Positions 15,935 to 24,421 are shown, counted from the stretch's first letter. The stretch is DNA of 37,539 bases from a virus (IMGVR_UViG_3300018083_000020:1-37539), one strand, 5' to 3'. The notes: generated from the sequence alone by a model not told the origin. Made by a program: numbers and translations.

Positions 15935-16432
15935 GTGAATTCTACCGACGAAGACCTCGTAAAAGGGAAGTGGACACTTACTGAAGTAACGATCAAATCA
16001 CTTAAAGAGCACCCTAAAAACCCGCGCCAGATAGGCAAAGAACAGTTTGAGAGGCTGGGCAACCTAATCCAAAAGTTTGGATTGATCGACAAGCCAATCG
16101 TAAATATGGACATGACAATCATAGGCGGACACCAACGCATTCGGTACCTAAAAAGGCAAAAGATTAAGACTGTAGAGTGCTGGATTGCCAACCGCCTACT
16201 CGACGAAAAAGAAGTCGAAGAGCTGATGATTGGGGTGAACAAGATTCATGGCGCATTTGATTTCGACATCCTCGCCAACGTATTCGATCCAATAGACCTG
16301 CTGAACTGGGGATTCTCCGAGAAGGAATTGCTGGATACCTGTAGCGAGGCCGAAGAGATATTAGAAGAACAGCAGCAGGAAGAGAAAAAGAAGTCGATGA
16401 AGGAATGTCCCAGCTGCGGACATAAATTTTAA
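15935..16432 (+). CDS. ParB N-terminal (ParB/Srx-like) domain protein with a C-terminal zinc ribbon.
   Basis: KEHPKNPRQI...IIGGHQRIRYL matches the ParB-nuclease-domain motifs. C-terminal CPSCGHKF. GTG 15935 has AAGGAG 7 nt upstream. The ORF is open from ATG 15911. Confidence 0.7.
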   Translation: MNSTDEDLVKGKWTLTEVTIKSLKEHPKNPRQIGKEQFERLGNLIQKFGLIDKPIVNMDMTIIGGHQRIRYLKRQKIKTVECWIANRLLDEKEVEELMIGVNKIHGAFDFDILANVFDPIDLLNWGFSEKELLDTCSEAEEILEEQQQEEKKKSMKECPSCGHKF

Positions 16433-16446
16433 GCCGGGAGGTTTAC

Positions 16447-16638
16447 ATGAATTCAGGACCAGGTCTGCTAGTCGCTGGTGTAGGTCTAACCCTCTTTACT
16501 CTCCTGGTATTTTTCACGACCAAATGCATATCTGCTGGGATAAAGGCTAAACCCGAAGAGCCAATAGCCCCGTCGGTCTCAGAGAAAAAGCCGCCTGATG
16601 AAAAAGATAAAGAGTGGGAAAACCCTCTCATATTATAA
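16447..16638 (+). CDS. Small membrane protein (63 aa).
   Basis: GGGAGG upstream. One TM segment, LLVAGVGLTLFTLLVFFTT, then a charged tail. Confidence 0.5.
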   Translation: MNSGPGLLVAGVGLTLFTLLVFFTTKCISAGIKAKPEEPIAPSVSEKKPPDEKDKEWENPLIL

Positions 16639-16792
16639 TCACGATCATTATCCTGATGTCAGGAATATGGTTTTAGATATGGTATGGATCAATTTGTCGG
16701 CCCCGACAATATGATCGACAGGCCATTGCGGATCATTACGAGGAGATGCTCGAAATGGTTAGTGGGTTACAATTTTAAACCGACTGGACTCC

Positions 16793-16957
16793 ATGGACTA
16801 TTCAACAATTATTCTGAGCTACGTGGATCTTCTGGACATCCTAGACGAATATCGTGTAAATAACTGGAAAAGTCAGCCTTGCAATGTTGAGGCATATGCG
16901 AAATATGTGTGGGAGCAGTACCGGGAAGAGATTAATCCACTAGAGGAGATAGAGTGA
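16793..16957 (+). CDS. Small acidic hypothetical protein (54 aa).
   Basis: Its stop overlaps the GTG of the next gene (GTGA). Below the ORF-track cut-off. Confidence 0.4.
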   Translation: MDYSTIILSYVDLLDILDEYRVNNWKSQPCNVEAYAKYVWEQYREEINPLEEIE

Positions 16958-17202
16958 AAATTACGCCGAAGAAGGGATATGTCCTAGTGTCCAAACAAGA
17001 AATCGTGCCAGAGAAAAAACAGGGTGCTATCCTCCTGATCGACGAGGAAAAGCGCAAAATCTATATGCGTCTGGAAAGCGATGGCGAGCTCTATCACAAC
17101 GGCGATTGCGTCTTTACCCAACCGTTTAGCACGAAGATGGAGATCGAGGACAATCTTTTCCTGATGGAAGAGAAAGACATCGTCGCCTGCTTCACTCTAT
17201 AG
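16954..17202 (+). CDS. GroES-like (Cpn10-like) co-chaperonin.
   Basis: MKITPKKGYVLVSKQEIVPEKKQGAILL and the ending GDCVF...LFLMEEKDIVACF parallel GroES (I.P..drVlV...e.e.k..GIvL ... GD.V.f ... lm.E.DIlA). Confidence 0.45.
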   Translation: MKITPKKGYVLVSKQEIVPEKKQGAILLIDEEKRKIYMRLESDGELYHNGDCVFTQPFSTKMEIEDNLFLMEEKDIVACFTL

Positions 17203-17215
17203 GCGTTTATTAACC

Positions 17216-17563
17216 ATGACAGAACTGAAAACGAAAACTCTCGAGATTTTTCCAGACGACAAGACCCGTGGCAGAATTATAGAAACGCTGGCCGGTTGCG
17301 TCTATGTGTTATCAGATGAGCTAAGAAAACATGTAGATCCAAAGGACCTACCCGAAATAGTCGGATACCACGTTGGCCTCGGCATGGGTATATTAGGGGC
17401 TGTTCTTGGACGAATAAAAGTGCAAAACGCCGTTCCGTACGATATCAGCTATTCCGATGCGGACTACGATCAGAAATTGGATATTTTAGTGGAAACGTTG
17501 ATTCAACTAAGGGAAACATGCCGTGAGCGTAGAAAAGGTGAACTGCCGTATGAGGATAAATGA
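17216..17563 (+). CDS. Hypothetical protein.
   Basis: 115-aa ORF in the early operon. Confidence 0.5.
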   Translation: MTELKTKTLEIFPDDKTRGRIIETLAGCVYVLSDELRKHVDPKDLPEIVGYHVGLGMGILGAVLGRIKVQNAVPYDISYSDADYDQKLDILVETLIQLRETCRERRKGELPYEDK

Positions 17564-17730
17564 CTGAACAAGAAGCGTTCGCATTTTTAGACGAAAATTT
17601 CCATATCAGCCTCAGGGATACAGCAGAAAAGTTGCAATTGCAAAGCCGGCAAGTGCTTGATTTATGGGACATAGTAAAACCATACATCTCAGCGTGGGAA
17701 GCACAGCGAAAAGAGTTACAACATAATTAA
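17560..17730 (+). CDS. Small hypothetical protein (56 aa).
   Basis: ATGA overlap upstream and TAATG overlap downstream. Below the ORF-track cut-off. Confidence 0.45.
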   Translation: MTEQEAFAFLDENFHISLRDTAEKLQLQSRQVLDLWDIVKPYISAWEAQRKELQHN

Positions 17731-18836
17731 TGTTATCGGACATTATGCCGGCATTTATCGATTATACAGGAAAAAAAATCGGCAGGGTTGTAGTCGTTGA
17801 GAATATCGAAAGGGGCGTTCGGTCACTTTGGAATTGCCTTTGTGACTGCGGGAACAATTTCCAAAGCGAGCATCGTTCATTCAAACGTGGAGAGACTTTC
17901 GAATGCGGCGACTGCCGTCAAGAGAGAAAGAGAGGCGTAGATCTTACGGGAAGAAAATATGGGAGATGGACGGTTATAGCCAGGGAACTGAACAAACACA
18001 ATAAGACGGTTTGGCTTGTTAAATGTGATTGTGGAGCTCTAGGGAAAGTCGCTACATGTATTCTCGGTACTAAGAAATCTATGAGTTGCGGATGTTTCGG
18101 TCGTAAGAAAAAATCAAAATACGTCAACGATACGCTTTATCCTCCCGAGCATAAAAAAGCATTAACAAGGATATATTGCATCAGAGTAAGAATAACCCAA
18201 TCCTGCTACAACGAAAAAAGCGCCAATTACCGAAACTATGGTGCGAAAGGCTATACCGTTTGTGAATTATGGAAAAATGGCGCTCTGGATTTTTATAAAT
18301 GGTGTATCGAAAATGGATGGGAGCATAACCATGTGGTCGGCATAACCGAAGGAAAAACTGAATTCAACCCAGAAAATTGCTACATAATGCCTGAAGGCGA
18401 ATATCGAAGCATGGTAATGCAAAAGAAAGTCACCTATGAAGGAGTCACCAAGACCGCCGCAGAATGGTCAAAAATCGGTCAGGTCAAATCCTCTACCATT
18501 CTGACTAGACTAAATAATGGATATTCCATTGAGCATGCTATTTTTGCGCGGCGCTGGAAATTTTCTGGTTTCACTCAAACCTATCCTGATGAAGAGATAA
18601 AAAGATTATACGAAACGGGATTGTCGCTAGCAGATGTAGGCAAGAAACTCGGAATATATTACCACACGATAAGCAAGAGACTTCGCGCCATGGGCATTGT
18701 GCCAGATATGAAGGGCAGGCGCGTGTACAGAGAAAGAGAGTGTTCGGTATGCGGGATAGCATATGTTCCTACGAACTCGAATCAAAAAATATGTTCGGCC
18801 GAATGTAAAAAGAGATCCAGGCGAAAGAATCCATAG
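17730..18836 (+). CDS. Cys-rich-repeat DNA-binding protein with homing-endonuclease-like architecture.
   Basis: Two G-R-x-V-V...W.C.CDCG repeats. A YRNYGAKGYTVCELW...F..W motif that is common in phage free-standing endonuclease-like proteins. C-terminal HTH (LSLADVGKKLGIYYHTISKRL) and Zn ribbon (CSVCG...CSAEC). Confidence 0.5.
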   Translation: MLSDIMPAFIDYTGKKIGRVVVVENIERGVRSLWNCLCDCGNNFQSEHRSFKRGETFECGDCRQERKRGVDLTGRKYGRWTVIARELNKHNKTVWLVKCDCGALGKVATCILGTKKSMSCGCFGRKKKSKYVNDTLYPPEHKKALTRIYCIRVRITQSCYNEKSANYRNYGAKGYTVCELWKNGALDFYKWCIENGWEHNHVVGITEGKTEFNPENCYIMPEGEYRSMVMQKKVTYEGVTKTAAEWSKIGQVKSSTILTRLNNGYSIEHAIFARRWKFSGFTQTYPDEEIKRLYETGLSLADVGKKLGIYYHTISKRLRAMGIVPDMKGRRVYRERECSVCGIAYVPTNSNQKICSAECKKRSRRKNP

Positions 18837-18949
18837 CTATAATCCGTCGAATGCGCTCCCTGACAAACCGACGTCAGAATAGGGTACTCCCACACACATC
18901 AATAACACTTATTTTAAACTGCGTGTTTATAGAGTCAAAATCATATTGG

Positions 18950-18978
18950 TTGACAAAACGTGTCTCATCTATTAAGAT
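18950..18978 (+). promoter_or_regulatory. Near-consensus sigma70-type promoter.
   Basis: TTGACA, exactly 17 nt, TAAGAT, in a 174-nt non-coding gap. Confidence 0.6.
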
Positions 18979-19031
18979 CCATCTAACATAAACTGAGCCG
19001 ACCGTGAAACATGATGAAAAGGAATGAGATT

Positions 19032-19265
19032 ATGCAAGTGGTATACGGAGTTTTATACGTTATTTTTTTAGTCTGCATGATGGCGGGTATTTTTTTCGGT
19101 ATGCCCAAACTAATGGACTATGTGGATTTAAATTTGGCCAGGGATCATCTGGAAAATAGGGCTCAGCGAAAAGTTAGGGATTTAAGATCACAGCTTAGAA
19201 TCATAGAGCTGGAAAAAGAAGCCATAGAATTGGAAAAAAAACTAAAGGAAAGAAACATTGGATAA
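19032..19265 (+). CDS. Single-pass membrane protein with a coiled-coil tail. Holin/spanin-like candidate.
   Basis: The TM segment VVYGVLYVIFLVCMMAGIFFG follows the start. AAGGAA lies 7 nt upstream of ATG 19032. Alternative upstream in-frame starts are at 19011 and 19014 (MMKRNEIM). Confidence 0.55.
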   Translation: MQVVYGVLYVIFLVCMMAGIFFGMPKLMDYVDLNLARDHLENRAQRKVRDLRSQLRIIELEKEAIELEKKLKERNIG

Positions 19266-19455
19266 CCTAAACATCACCCAAGTTCTATCGATTGTCGCCC
19301 CCATCATCATAACGGTCATAGTGAGTGCCTATTACATTCATCGTGATATCGTTTCGGATATGAAGATACAAACGTCTCGAGTCGATGCGGCAAATGCGCG
19401 CATTGACCAGCTACATGTGATGTTTTACGAACTTCTCAGAGAGGTAAAGAAGTGA
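19258..19455 (+). CDS. Single-pass membrane protein (65 aa).
   Basis: TTG start overlapping the upstream stop. TM segment VLSIVAPIIITVIVSAYYI. Confidence 0.45.
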   Translation: MDNLNITQVLSIVAPIIITVIVSAYYIHRDIVSDMKIQTSRVDAANARIDQLHVMFYELLREVKK

Positions 19456-19733
19456 ATGATGTGCCCGATAGAGAATTGATCGAGACGTCCAATAGTCTTC
19501 TTAGAATATGGGATATGTTTGAATATCAGGAATGTCATCATAGACGAGCGTTTGGAGAATTGTTGTATAGATGTTCGCACGCCATCTTGGTATTTGAACT
19601 ATTCACAAGAGGGCATATGAGCGTGGATGATTTAAAGTCCGCGATCATGCGATGCGTTACGCCTTCCGATATACTGAAATGTTACGTTGATGACCTGCAA
19701 GGTCAGGTTACTGATCTGGAGAATGGAGAATGA
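19452..19733 (+). CDS. Hypothetical protein.
   Basis: 93-aa ORF with GTGA overlap upstream and ATGA overlap downstream. Confidence 0.5.
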   Translation: MNDVPDRELIETSNSLLRIWDMFEYQECHHRRAFGELLYRCSHAILVFELFTRGHMSVDDLKSAIMRCVTPSDILKCYVDDLQGQVTDLENGE

Positions 19734-20320
19734 CTGGTAAGCGCATAGGATACAAGCGCGTCAGCACCTCTGAGCAGAATCCCGAGAGCCAGCTGAATAA
19801 TCTCCCGCTCGATAAGACATTCGTGGAAATCGAAACCGGCTATTCGATGAAGGATAGGCATCAACTCGCTTTGATGAAAGATTACGTGCGCGAGGATGAC
19901 ACGGTCTTTGTGGAGTGTCTGGATCGCCTAGGCCGCAACAGCTACGACCTTGATGAGATAGTGGAGTTTCTCCTAGCCAAGGGCGTACAAATCACGTTTG
20001 TCAGGGAAGGTATTACTCTAGGTAAGAAAAACGACTTGATGTCGAAACTGGCCTATGACATGATGAAATCATTTATTCATTTCTTCTCGGCGCTAGCTAA
20101 GGAGCGCCAGCGCATTGGTATTGATAAGGCAATGCGGGAAGGCCGATACAAGGGACGAGCGACAAAGTTAGACGCAGAAATGATTGCTGCACTGAAAGCC
20201 CATATGCTCACGCGAAAGACGAAAAGTGAAATCGCCAAAGACTTAGGTGTTTCTCGGGAAACCATTTATCGGTATCTGAACAAGATCGCACAAGATGAAC
20301 AGGCGACGAAGGATGTCTAG
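19730..20320 (+). CDS. Small serine recombinase (resolvase/invertase family).
   Basis: IGYKRVSTSEQNPESQ carries the catalytic Ser. Also DRLGRN, and a C-terminal HTH (KSEIAKDLGVSRETIYRYL). 196 aa. Confidence 0.85.
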   Translation: MTGKRIGYKRVSTSEQNPESQLNNLPLDKTFVEIETGYSMKDRHQLALMKDYVREDDTVFVECLDRLGRNSYDLDEIVEFLLAKGVQITFVREGITLGKKNDLMSKLAYDMMKSFIHFFSALAKERQRIGIDKAMREGRYKGRATKLDAEMIAALKAHMLTRKTKSEIAKDLGVSRETIYRYLNKIAQDEQATKDV

Positions 20321-20543
20321 AGAGAAGAATTTGCGAACCGATTCAAAATGGATTAGCGTGGACGAAGCGCTGCCGAAAACAGACGTCGAGATTCTTTTCG
20401 TTTCTGAAGGACGCGTCAAATTCGGCGAGTATATCTGGTATGATCCTGATTACCGATGGCTTGATAGCCTGGTTCACCTATATCGTTACGATGTTCAATA
20501 TTGGATGCCATTACCTAAACCACCAACGGGAGACAAAGCATGA
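20313..20543 (+). CDS. DUF551-like protein.
   Basis: WISVDEALPKTDVEILFV...VQYWMPLPKPP matches the DUF551 pattern. The ATG overlaps the recombinase stop. Confidence 0.6.
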   Translation: MSREKNLRTDSKWISVDEALPKTDVEILFVSEGRVKFGEYIWYDPDYRWLDSLVHLYRYDVQYWMPLPKPPTGDKA

Positions 20544-20743
20544 AAGGATATAGATTTGCGACGATTTTTATAGCATTCGCGCTGTCGATTCTTGTAATAG
20601 ATAAGTTATCATCGAAAGAGCCGGTACCCAGGGTCAGAGATGGCAAAGAATATAGACAATGGTGGTGTCCGCGATGCGATAAAGTCACCAGTGGTTACGG
20701 CCCTCCCTATACGTGCACCCACTGCGGGAAGGTCCTGTATTAA
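20540..20743 (+). CDS. Membrane-anchored zinc-ribbon protein.
   Basis: TM segment FATIFIAFALSILVI, then CPRCD...CTHCG. ATGA overlap. Confidence 0.5.
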   Translation: MKGYRFATIFIAFALSILVIDKLSSKEPVPRVRDGKEYRQWWCPRCDKVTSGYGPPYTCTHCGKVLY

Positions 20744-20744
20744 T

Positions 20745-20987
20745 ATGGACGAGGCTATAGTGAACCAGGGTAAAATAATAATGGCTCTAGAAATTGCATT
20801 AGACTATGGGCAGAGCAAGGGAGAACGTCAAAAAGCGTGGGTCATTGATCAAATCGTACGGACGTTGAGTGGTGATAAATATCCCGAAGAAATAAAAGAC
20901 TATTGCGAGGGAAATTATGGTCCGAATTCCTATGATTGGGACGAGGGAATTGTGCCTGTGATATGTCGGTCATGTATACGAAATTGA
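20745..20987 (+). CDS. Hypothetical protein (80 aa).
   Basis: The ATG is 1 nt after the upstream TAA. The longer track ORF from 20640 would overlap the previous gene. Confidence 0.5.
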   Translation: MDEAIVNQGKIIMALEIALDYGQSKGERQKAWVIDQIVRTLSGDKYPEEIKDYCEGNYGPNSYDWDEGIVPVICRSCIRN

Positions 20988-21041
20988 TGTTCTGTATGCA
21001 CGTTGCGAAAATGTGCACAAAAAAAGAGAAATATTAGACAG

Positions 21042-21677
21042 ATGCCTAGAAAATATGTGATTACAAAACCATGGCCTAGGAAAATTTGCTCTGAGTGTGG
21101 CAAACCGGCTAAAGGTCTCGGATTTTGCAGCAAACATTATCAAAACTTTAAGCGTTTAGGCAAAGCTAAGGCCAATCAAAATAAATGCAACTCTGTTGAT
21201 GATTTTTTACGGGAAATACACACATTAGAATCCGGCGAAAGCGGATGTAAGTTATGGAAGAGAGGAACGGACAAAGATGGATATGGGTATTATGCTATCG
21301 ATGGAATCACATATGGAGCACATAGGTTGCTTTATAAGTTATCTTTCCCAGGAGAATATAGTGGAATGGTCGTCATGCATATATGCGACAACCCCAAATG
21401 TTGCAACATAGAACATCTTCGGATAGGCACGCCATCTCAAAACACCTACGACATGATAAAAAAATCGAGAAACGTTAGGGGAGAGCGAGTGGGGACATCG
21501 CGGTTGAGTGAGGCTCAAGTGCTTGACATCAGATCAACGTATCATTTCAAGTCAGCGACCGAACTAGCCCAAGAATATGGAGTCTGTAAACAAACGATAT
21601 GCAACGTGCTAAATGGAGCAACCTATGTAAACGAGGACTACAAACCGGTGAATAGGCATGTAAGGATAGAGATATGA
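21042..21677 (+). CDS. HNH_3-type homing endonuclease with a C-terminal HTH.
   Basis: GYGYYAIDGITYGAHRLLYKLSFP...VMHICDNPKCCNIEHLRIGTPSQN is the HNH_3 signature. The start is uncertain (ATG 21042 or TTG 21003). Confidence 0.75.
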   Translation: MPRKYVITKPWPRKICSECGKPAKGLGFCSKHYQNFKRLGKAKANQNKCNSVDDFLREIHTLESGESGCKLWKRGTDKDGYGYYAIDGITYGAHRLLYKLSFPGEYSGMVVMHICDNPKCCNIEHLRIGTPSQNTYDMIKKSRNVRGERVGTSRLSEAQVLDIRSTYHFKSATELAQEYGVCKQTICNVLNGATYVNEDYKPVNRHVRIEI

Positions 21678-21853
21678 ATGAGCCGACTATAGCCACTGAG
21701 GGAAGTCTGTTTGTTTCCACCGATCTCAGAGTTTGGGAAAGAAGATGGTGGGGATGGAAGTTTCTTGGGATCCATGAGCCCCATAAAAACATACCATATC
21801 CCTACGAGAAGATTGATCATATCGAGGACATCGTTGACGGAGTGAAAAATTGA
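21674..21853 (+). CDS. Small Trp-rich hypothetical protein (59 aa).
   Basis: ATGA overlap with the HNH stop. Just below the ORF-track cut-off. Confidence 0.4.
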   Translation: MNEPTIATEGSLFVSTDLRVWERRWWGWKFLGIHEPHKNIPYPYEKIDHIEDIVDGVKN

Positions 21854-22017
21854 CTAGAGAAGATAAATTAAAGATCGCTCGCGCGGCATTCAAAGAAATA
21901 CTGGCTGCCATGAAAATCGTAGAATTAGCCTATGGCGTGACTGTGCATTGGCAGGAATATATAACTGTCGATCATGAAGAATTCAGATCGCACGAATTGA
22001 TGGAGGACGACGAATGA
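21850..22017 (+). CDS. Small hypothetical protein (55 aa, TTG start).
   Basis: TTGA overlap upstream and ATGA overlap downstream. Fills the gap in a coupled gene chain. Confidence 0.35.
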   Translation: MTREDKLKIARAAFKEILAAMKIVELAYGVTVHWQEYITVDHEEFRSHELMEDDE

Positions 22018-22298
22018 GCGGAAATTGTCAGATGTGCGGTGAGCATTGCATCGATTGTCAATGTGATAAGCACACTATGGTCAGAGAGATGCCTGAATCG
22101 GTTGACATGGTTAACAGCCCTCCTCACTATCAGGGTGCTAACTTCGAAGTGATAGACGTGATTGAAGAGTTTGGCTTGAATTTTCACCTGGGCAATGCAA
22201 TCAAGTACATACTGCGCGCTGGTAAGAAGGGTGACCGCAAGGAAGATCTAAGCAAGGCTGTCTGGTATCTGGAAAGAGAGATAGCGGATGAAATCTGA
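22014..22298 (+). CDS. DUF3310-family protein.
   Basis: SPPHYQGANFEVIDVIEEF...GNAIKYILRAGKKG...EDLSKAVWYLEREI matches the DUF3310 pattern. Confidence 0.7.
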   Translation: MSGNCQMCGEHCIDCQCDKHTMVREMPESVDMVNSPPHYQGANFEVIDVIEEFGLNFHLGNAIKYILRAGKKGDRKEDLSKAVWYLEREIADEI

Positions 22299-22352
22299 TA
22301 AGTACACAGAAGTAGAATGTAAGAGTCCTTTCATTCAACCAGGTACAAACAT

Positions 22353-22541
22353 ATGAGCATATCCACCTCATACCGCAATCCTATATGGGAAGAGATCAGG
22401 GATGCTTGGTATGATCTAGTCCCCGATTCCGGTAAGAAAAATGCTGCGATGTTCTTTCCTCCCCTGAATGAATATATCAATGTCGCTAAGCATTGTTTTC
22501 ACGTTCATGAGGTCCCGATCGACATCAAGATGTCATTATAA
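22353..22541 (+). CDS. Hypothetical protein.
   Basis: 62-aa ORF, the last of the early block. Confidence 0.45.
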   Translation: MSISTSYRNPIWEEIRDAWYDLVPDSGKKNAAMFFPPLNEYINVAKHCFHVHEVPIDIKMSL

Positions 22542-22564
22542 AGTTCAAAGTGTAACATAAGTTC

Positions 22565-22593
22565 TTGAGTTTCTGTCCCGCATATAGTATATA
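22565..22593 (+). promoter_or_regulatory. Candidate late (packaging/structural) promoter.
   Basis: TTGAGT, 17 nt, TATATA, in the 87-nt gap before the terminase small subunit gene. Confidence 0.4.
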
Positions 22594-22628
22594 GTTTTTT
22601 AAACACATGCGAAGTCGGGATAGTTACA

Positions 22629-23015
22629 ATGGGTCGCACAAAAAAAGAAATCAATTGGGACGTTGTTGAAAAGAAAGTAGAAGCAGGCTGTTCGGCTAAA
22701 GAAATATATGAATGCGTAGTCGATAGCGATACATTCTATAGAAGATTTAAGGAACATTTCGGCGAGAATTTCGCGGATTATTCGGCACGAATCAAGAGTG
22801 CAGGGCCTGGAAATATTAGATTCACCCAGTACATGAAAGCTTTGGCTGGGAATACGAATATGCTAATGCTTCTAGGACGTGAATTGCTAGGCCAGGGAAA
22901 AGAACCCGAGAGGATTTCTCCGTTCGAAGATGCTATTGCAGAGCGTCATGAGCTTATGATACTCCGTTCGCAAGTCCAAAAGCTTAGGGAGCAGCTGAAT
23001 GTTCAAGATACTTGA
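22629..23015 (+). CDS. Terminase small subunit (HTH type).
   Basis: N-terminal HTH-like KEINWDVVEKKVEAGCSAKEIYE, and AGNTNMLMLLGRELLGQ, which is typical of small terminases. Immediately upstream of TerL. Confidence 0.6.
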   Translation: MGRTKKEINWDVVEKKVEAGCSAKEIYECVVDSDTFYRRFKEHFGENFADYSARIKSAGPGNIRFTQYMKALAGNTNMLMLLGRELLGQGKEPERISPFEDAIAERHELMILRSQVQKLREQLNVQDT

Positions 23016-23169
23016 CGAGAACATTGAATATCTATCACAGCTCACTAAAGACGAAGCCGATTTTATCGAACATATATTGAGTTGGACAGATGAGCAGAGA
23101 GTAGCTTTCGCTATGGCTAAACGAATATTCGAGGATAAGCAGAATGCCGACAAGCCCGAAGCAGGATAG
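22999..23169 (+). CDS. Small acidic hypothetical protein (56 aa) between TerS and TerL.
   Basis: GGGAG lies 7 nt upstream of the ATG. It fills a 128-nt gap and overlaps both neighbours out of frame. Confidence 0.4.
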   Translation: MFKILDENIEYLSQLTKDEADFIEHILSWTDEQRVAFAMAKRIFEDKQNADKPEAG

Positions 23170-24421
23170 GAGCTTCGAAGAGGCTACCCATCGTTTCAAT
23201 ATCTGGGTGGGCGCTGTCCGATCAGGCAAGACCTATGCTAGTCTGGAAAGATTTATGTACGATCTGAAGAACGGGCCGCCTGGTGACGCGATGATTATAG
23301 GCGTCAACCGCACTTCCATTCAACGAAATATTCTTACACATCTCTATAGGCAATTAGGTTTCCCATGTCCGACAGAGAAGTCCCAACAAAGCAAACTATA
23401 TGGCAGGACTGTGTGGTTTGTGGGGGCACCCGATGTGTCCGCCGTCTCGACGATTCAGGGCAGTACGCTAGCGTTGGCTTATGTCGACGAAGCGACAAAC
23501 ATCCCAGAGCCATTTTGGAGGATGCTAGAGAGTCGTTTAAGTGTTCCGGGTGCGAAATTACTAGCGACGACTAACCCTGAGGGACCAGCTCACTGGCTTA
23601 AAAAGGACTTCATAGATAAGAAAGGAATCGATTTAGCCTACTGGAGTTTCAACCTAGATGACAATCCCTCACTCGATGAAGATTTCAAAAAGCAGCTTAA
23701 AGCATCGTATAGTGGACTGTGGTTCAACCGCTACATCCTCGGCGAGTGGTCGCTCGCACACGGAGCCATCTACGACAATTACGACCAATACAACGAATAC
23801 GAAAATCCGTATCCTGCTCCGAACTATTATATCGTCGGCGTGGATTATGGGACCACTAATGCAACTGCTGCCGTGTTATGCGCTATTACTCCCAACAAAT
23901 GGCCTCAGATACGGGTCGAAGCGGAATATTACTATGATTCAGCTAAAAAGGGACGTAGCAAAACCGATCAAGAGCTTGTACGAGACATCAAGGATTTTAT
24001 CGGATATAAAAACGTCTCTGCAATTTACGTGGACCCTGCCGCTGCGTCTCTTAAAATTGCACTACGACAGGCGGAGTTACCCGTTCTTGACGCCAACAAC
24101 GATGTCCTACTTGGTATTAAGATCTGTTCTAAATTTATCGGCGGAAAGAACATAGTCATTCAGAAGGGATGCACGGTGCTTCGCGAGCAATTGCAATCCT
24201 ATGCATGGGATTCTAAGGCAGCTGATAGAGGCGAGGATAAGCCGGTCAAGAAGGACGACCATATTTGCGACGCGTTACGCTATGCCGTGGTCTCTGCGTT
24301 CCCTCAAGGTGAGTTCAATCATCCGGACGAGCATCTTAGCTATGACCAGCTTCGCCGCAAGGTTTTTAGCGACGATGATGGATGGGGAGCTGCATTGAAT
24401 GCAGGGATGGGAGGATATTGA
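23144..24421 (+). CDS. terL: Terminase large subunit.
   Basis: Walker A is GAVRSGKT. Walker B is LAYVDEAT. Nuclease acidic motifs are VGVDYGTTNA, IYVDPAAAS and DDHICDALRYA. Confidence 0.9.
   Translation: MPTSPKQDRSFEEATHRFNIWVGAVRSGKTYASLERFMYDLKNGPPGDAMIIGVNRTSIQRNILTHLYRQLGFPCPTEKSQQSKLYGRTVWFVGAPDVSAVSTIQGSTLALAYVDEATNIPEPFWRMLESRLSVPGAKLLATTNPEGPAHWLKKDFIDKKGIDLAYWSFNLDDNPSLDEDFKKQLKASYSGLWFNRYILGEWSLAHGAIYDNYDQYNEYENPYPAPNYYIVGVDYGTTNATAAVLCAITPNKWPQIRVEAEYYYDSAKKGRSKTDQELVRDIKDFIGYKNVSAIYVDPAAASLKIALRQAELPVLDANNDVLLGIKICSKFIGGKNIVIQKGCTVLREQLQSYAWDSKAADRGEDKPVKKDDHICDALRYAVVSAFPQGEFNHPDEHLSYDQLRRKVFSDDDGWGAALNAGMGGY

Noticed and set aside
23365-24398. Alternative-frame ORFs inside terL (23365..23574, 23658..24155, 24201..24398). 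The same applies inside the portal gene (25310..26807) and the capsid gene (30542..31049).
   Set aside because: They are embedded in genes with clear conserved motifs in the annotated frame, and they have no independent start signals.
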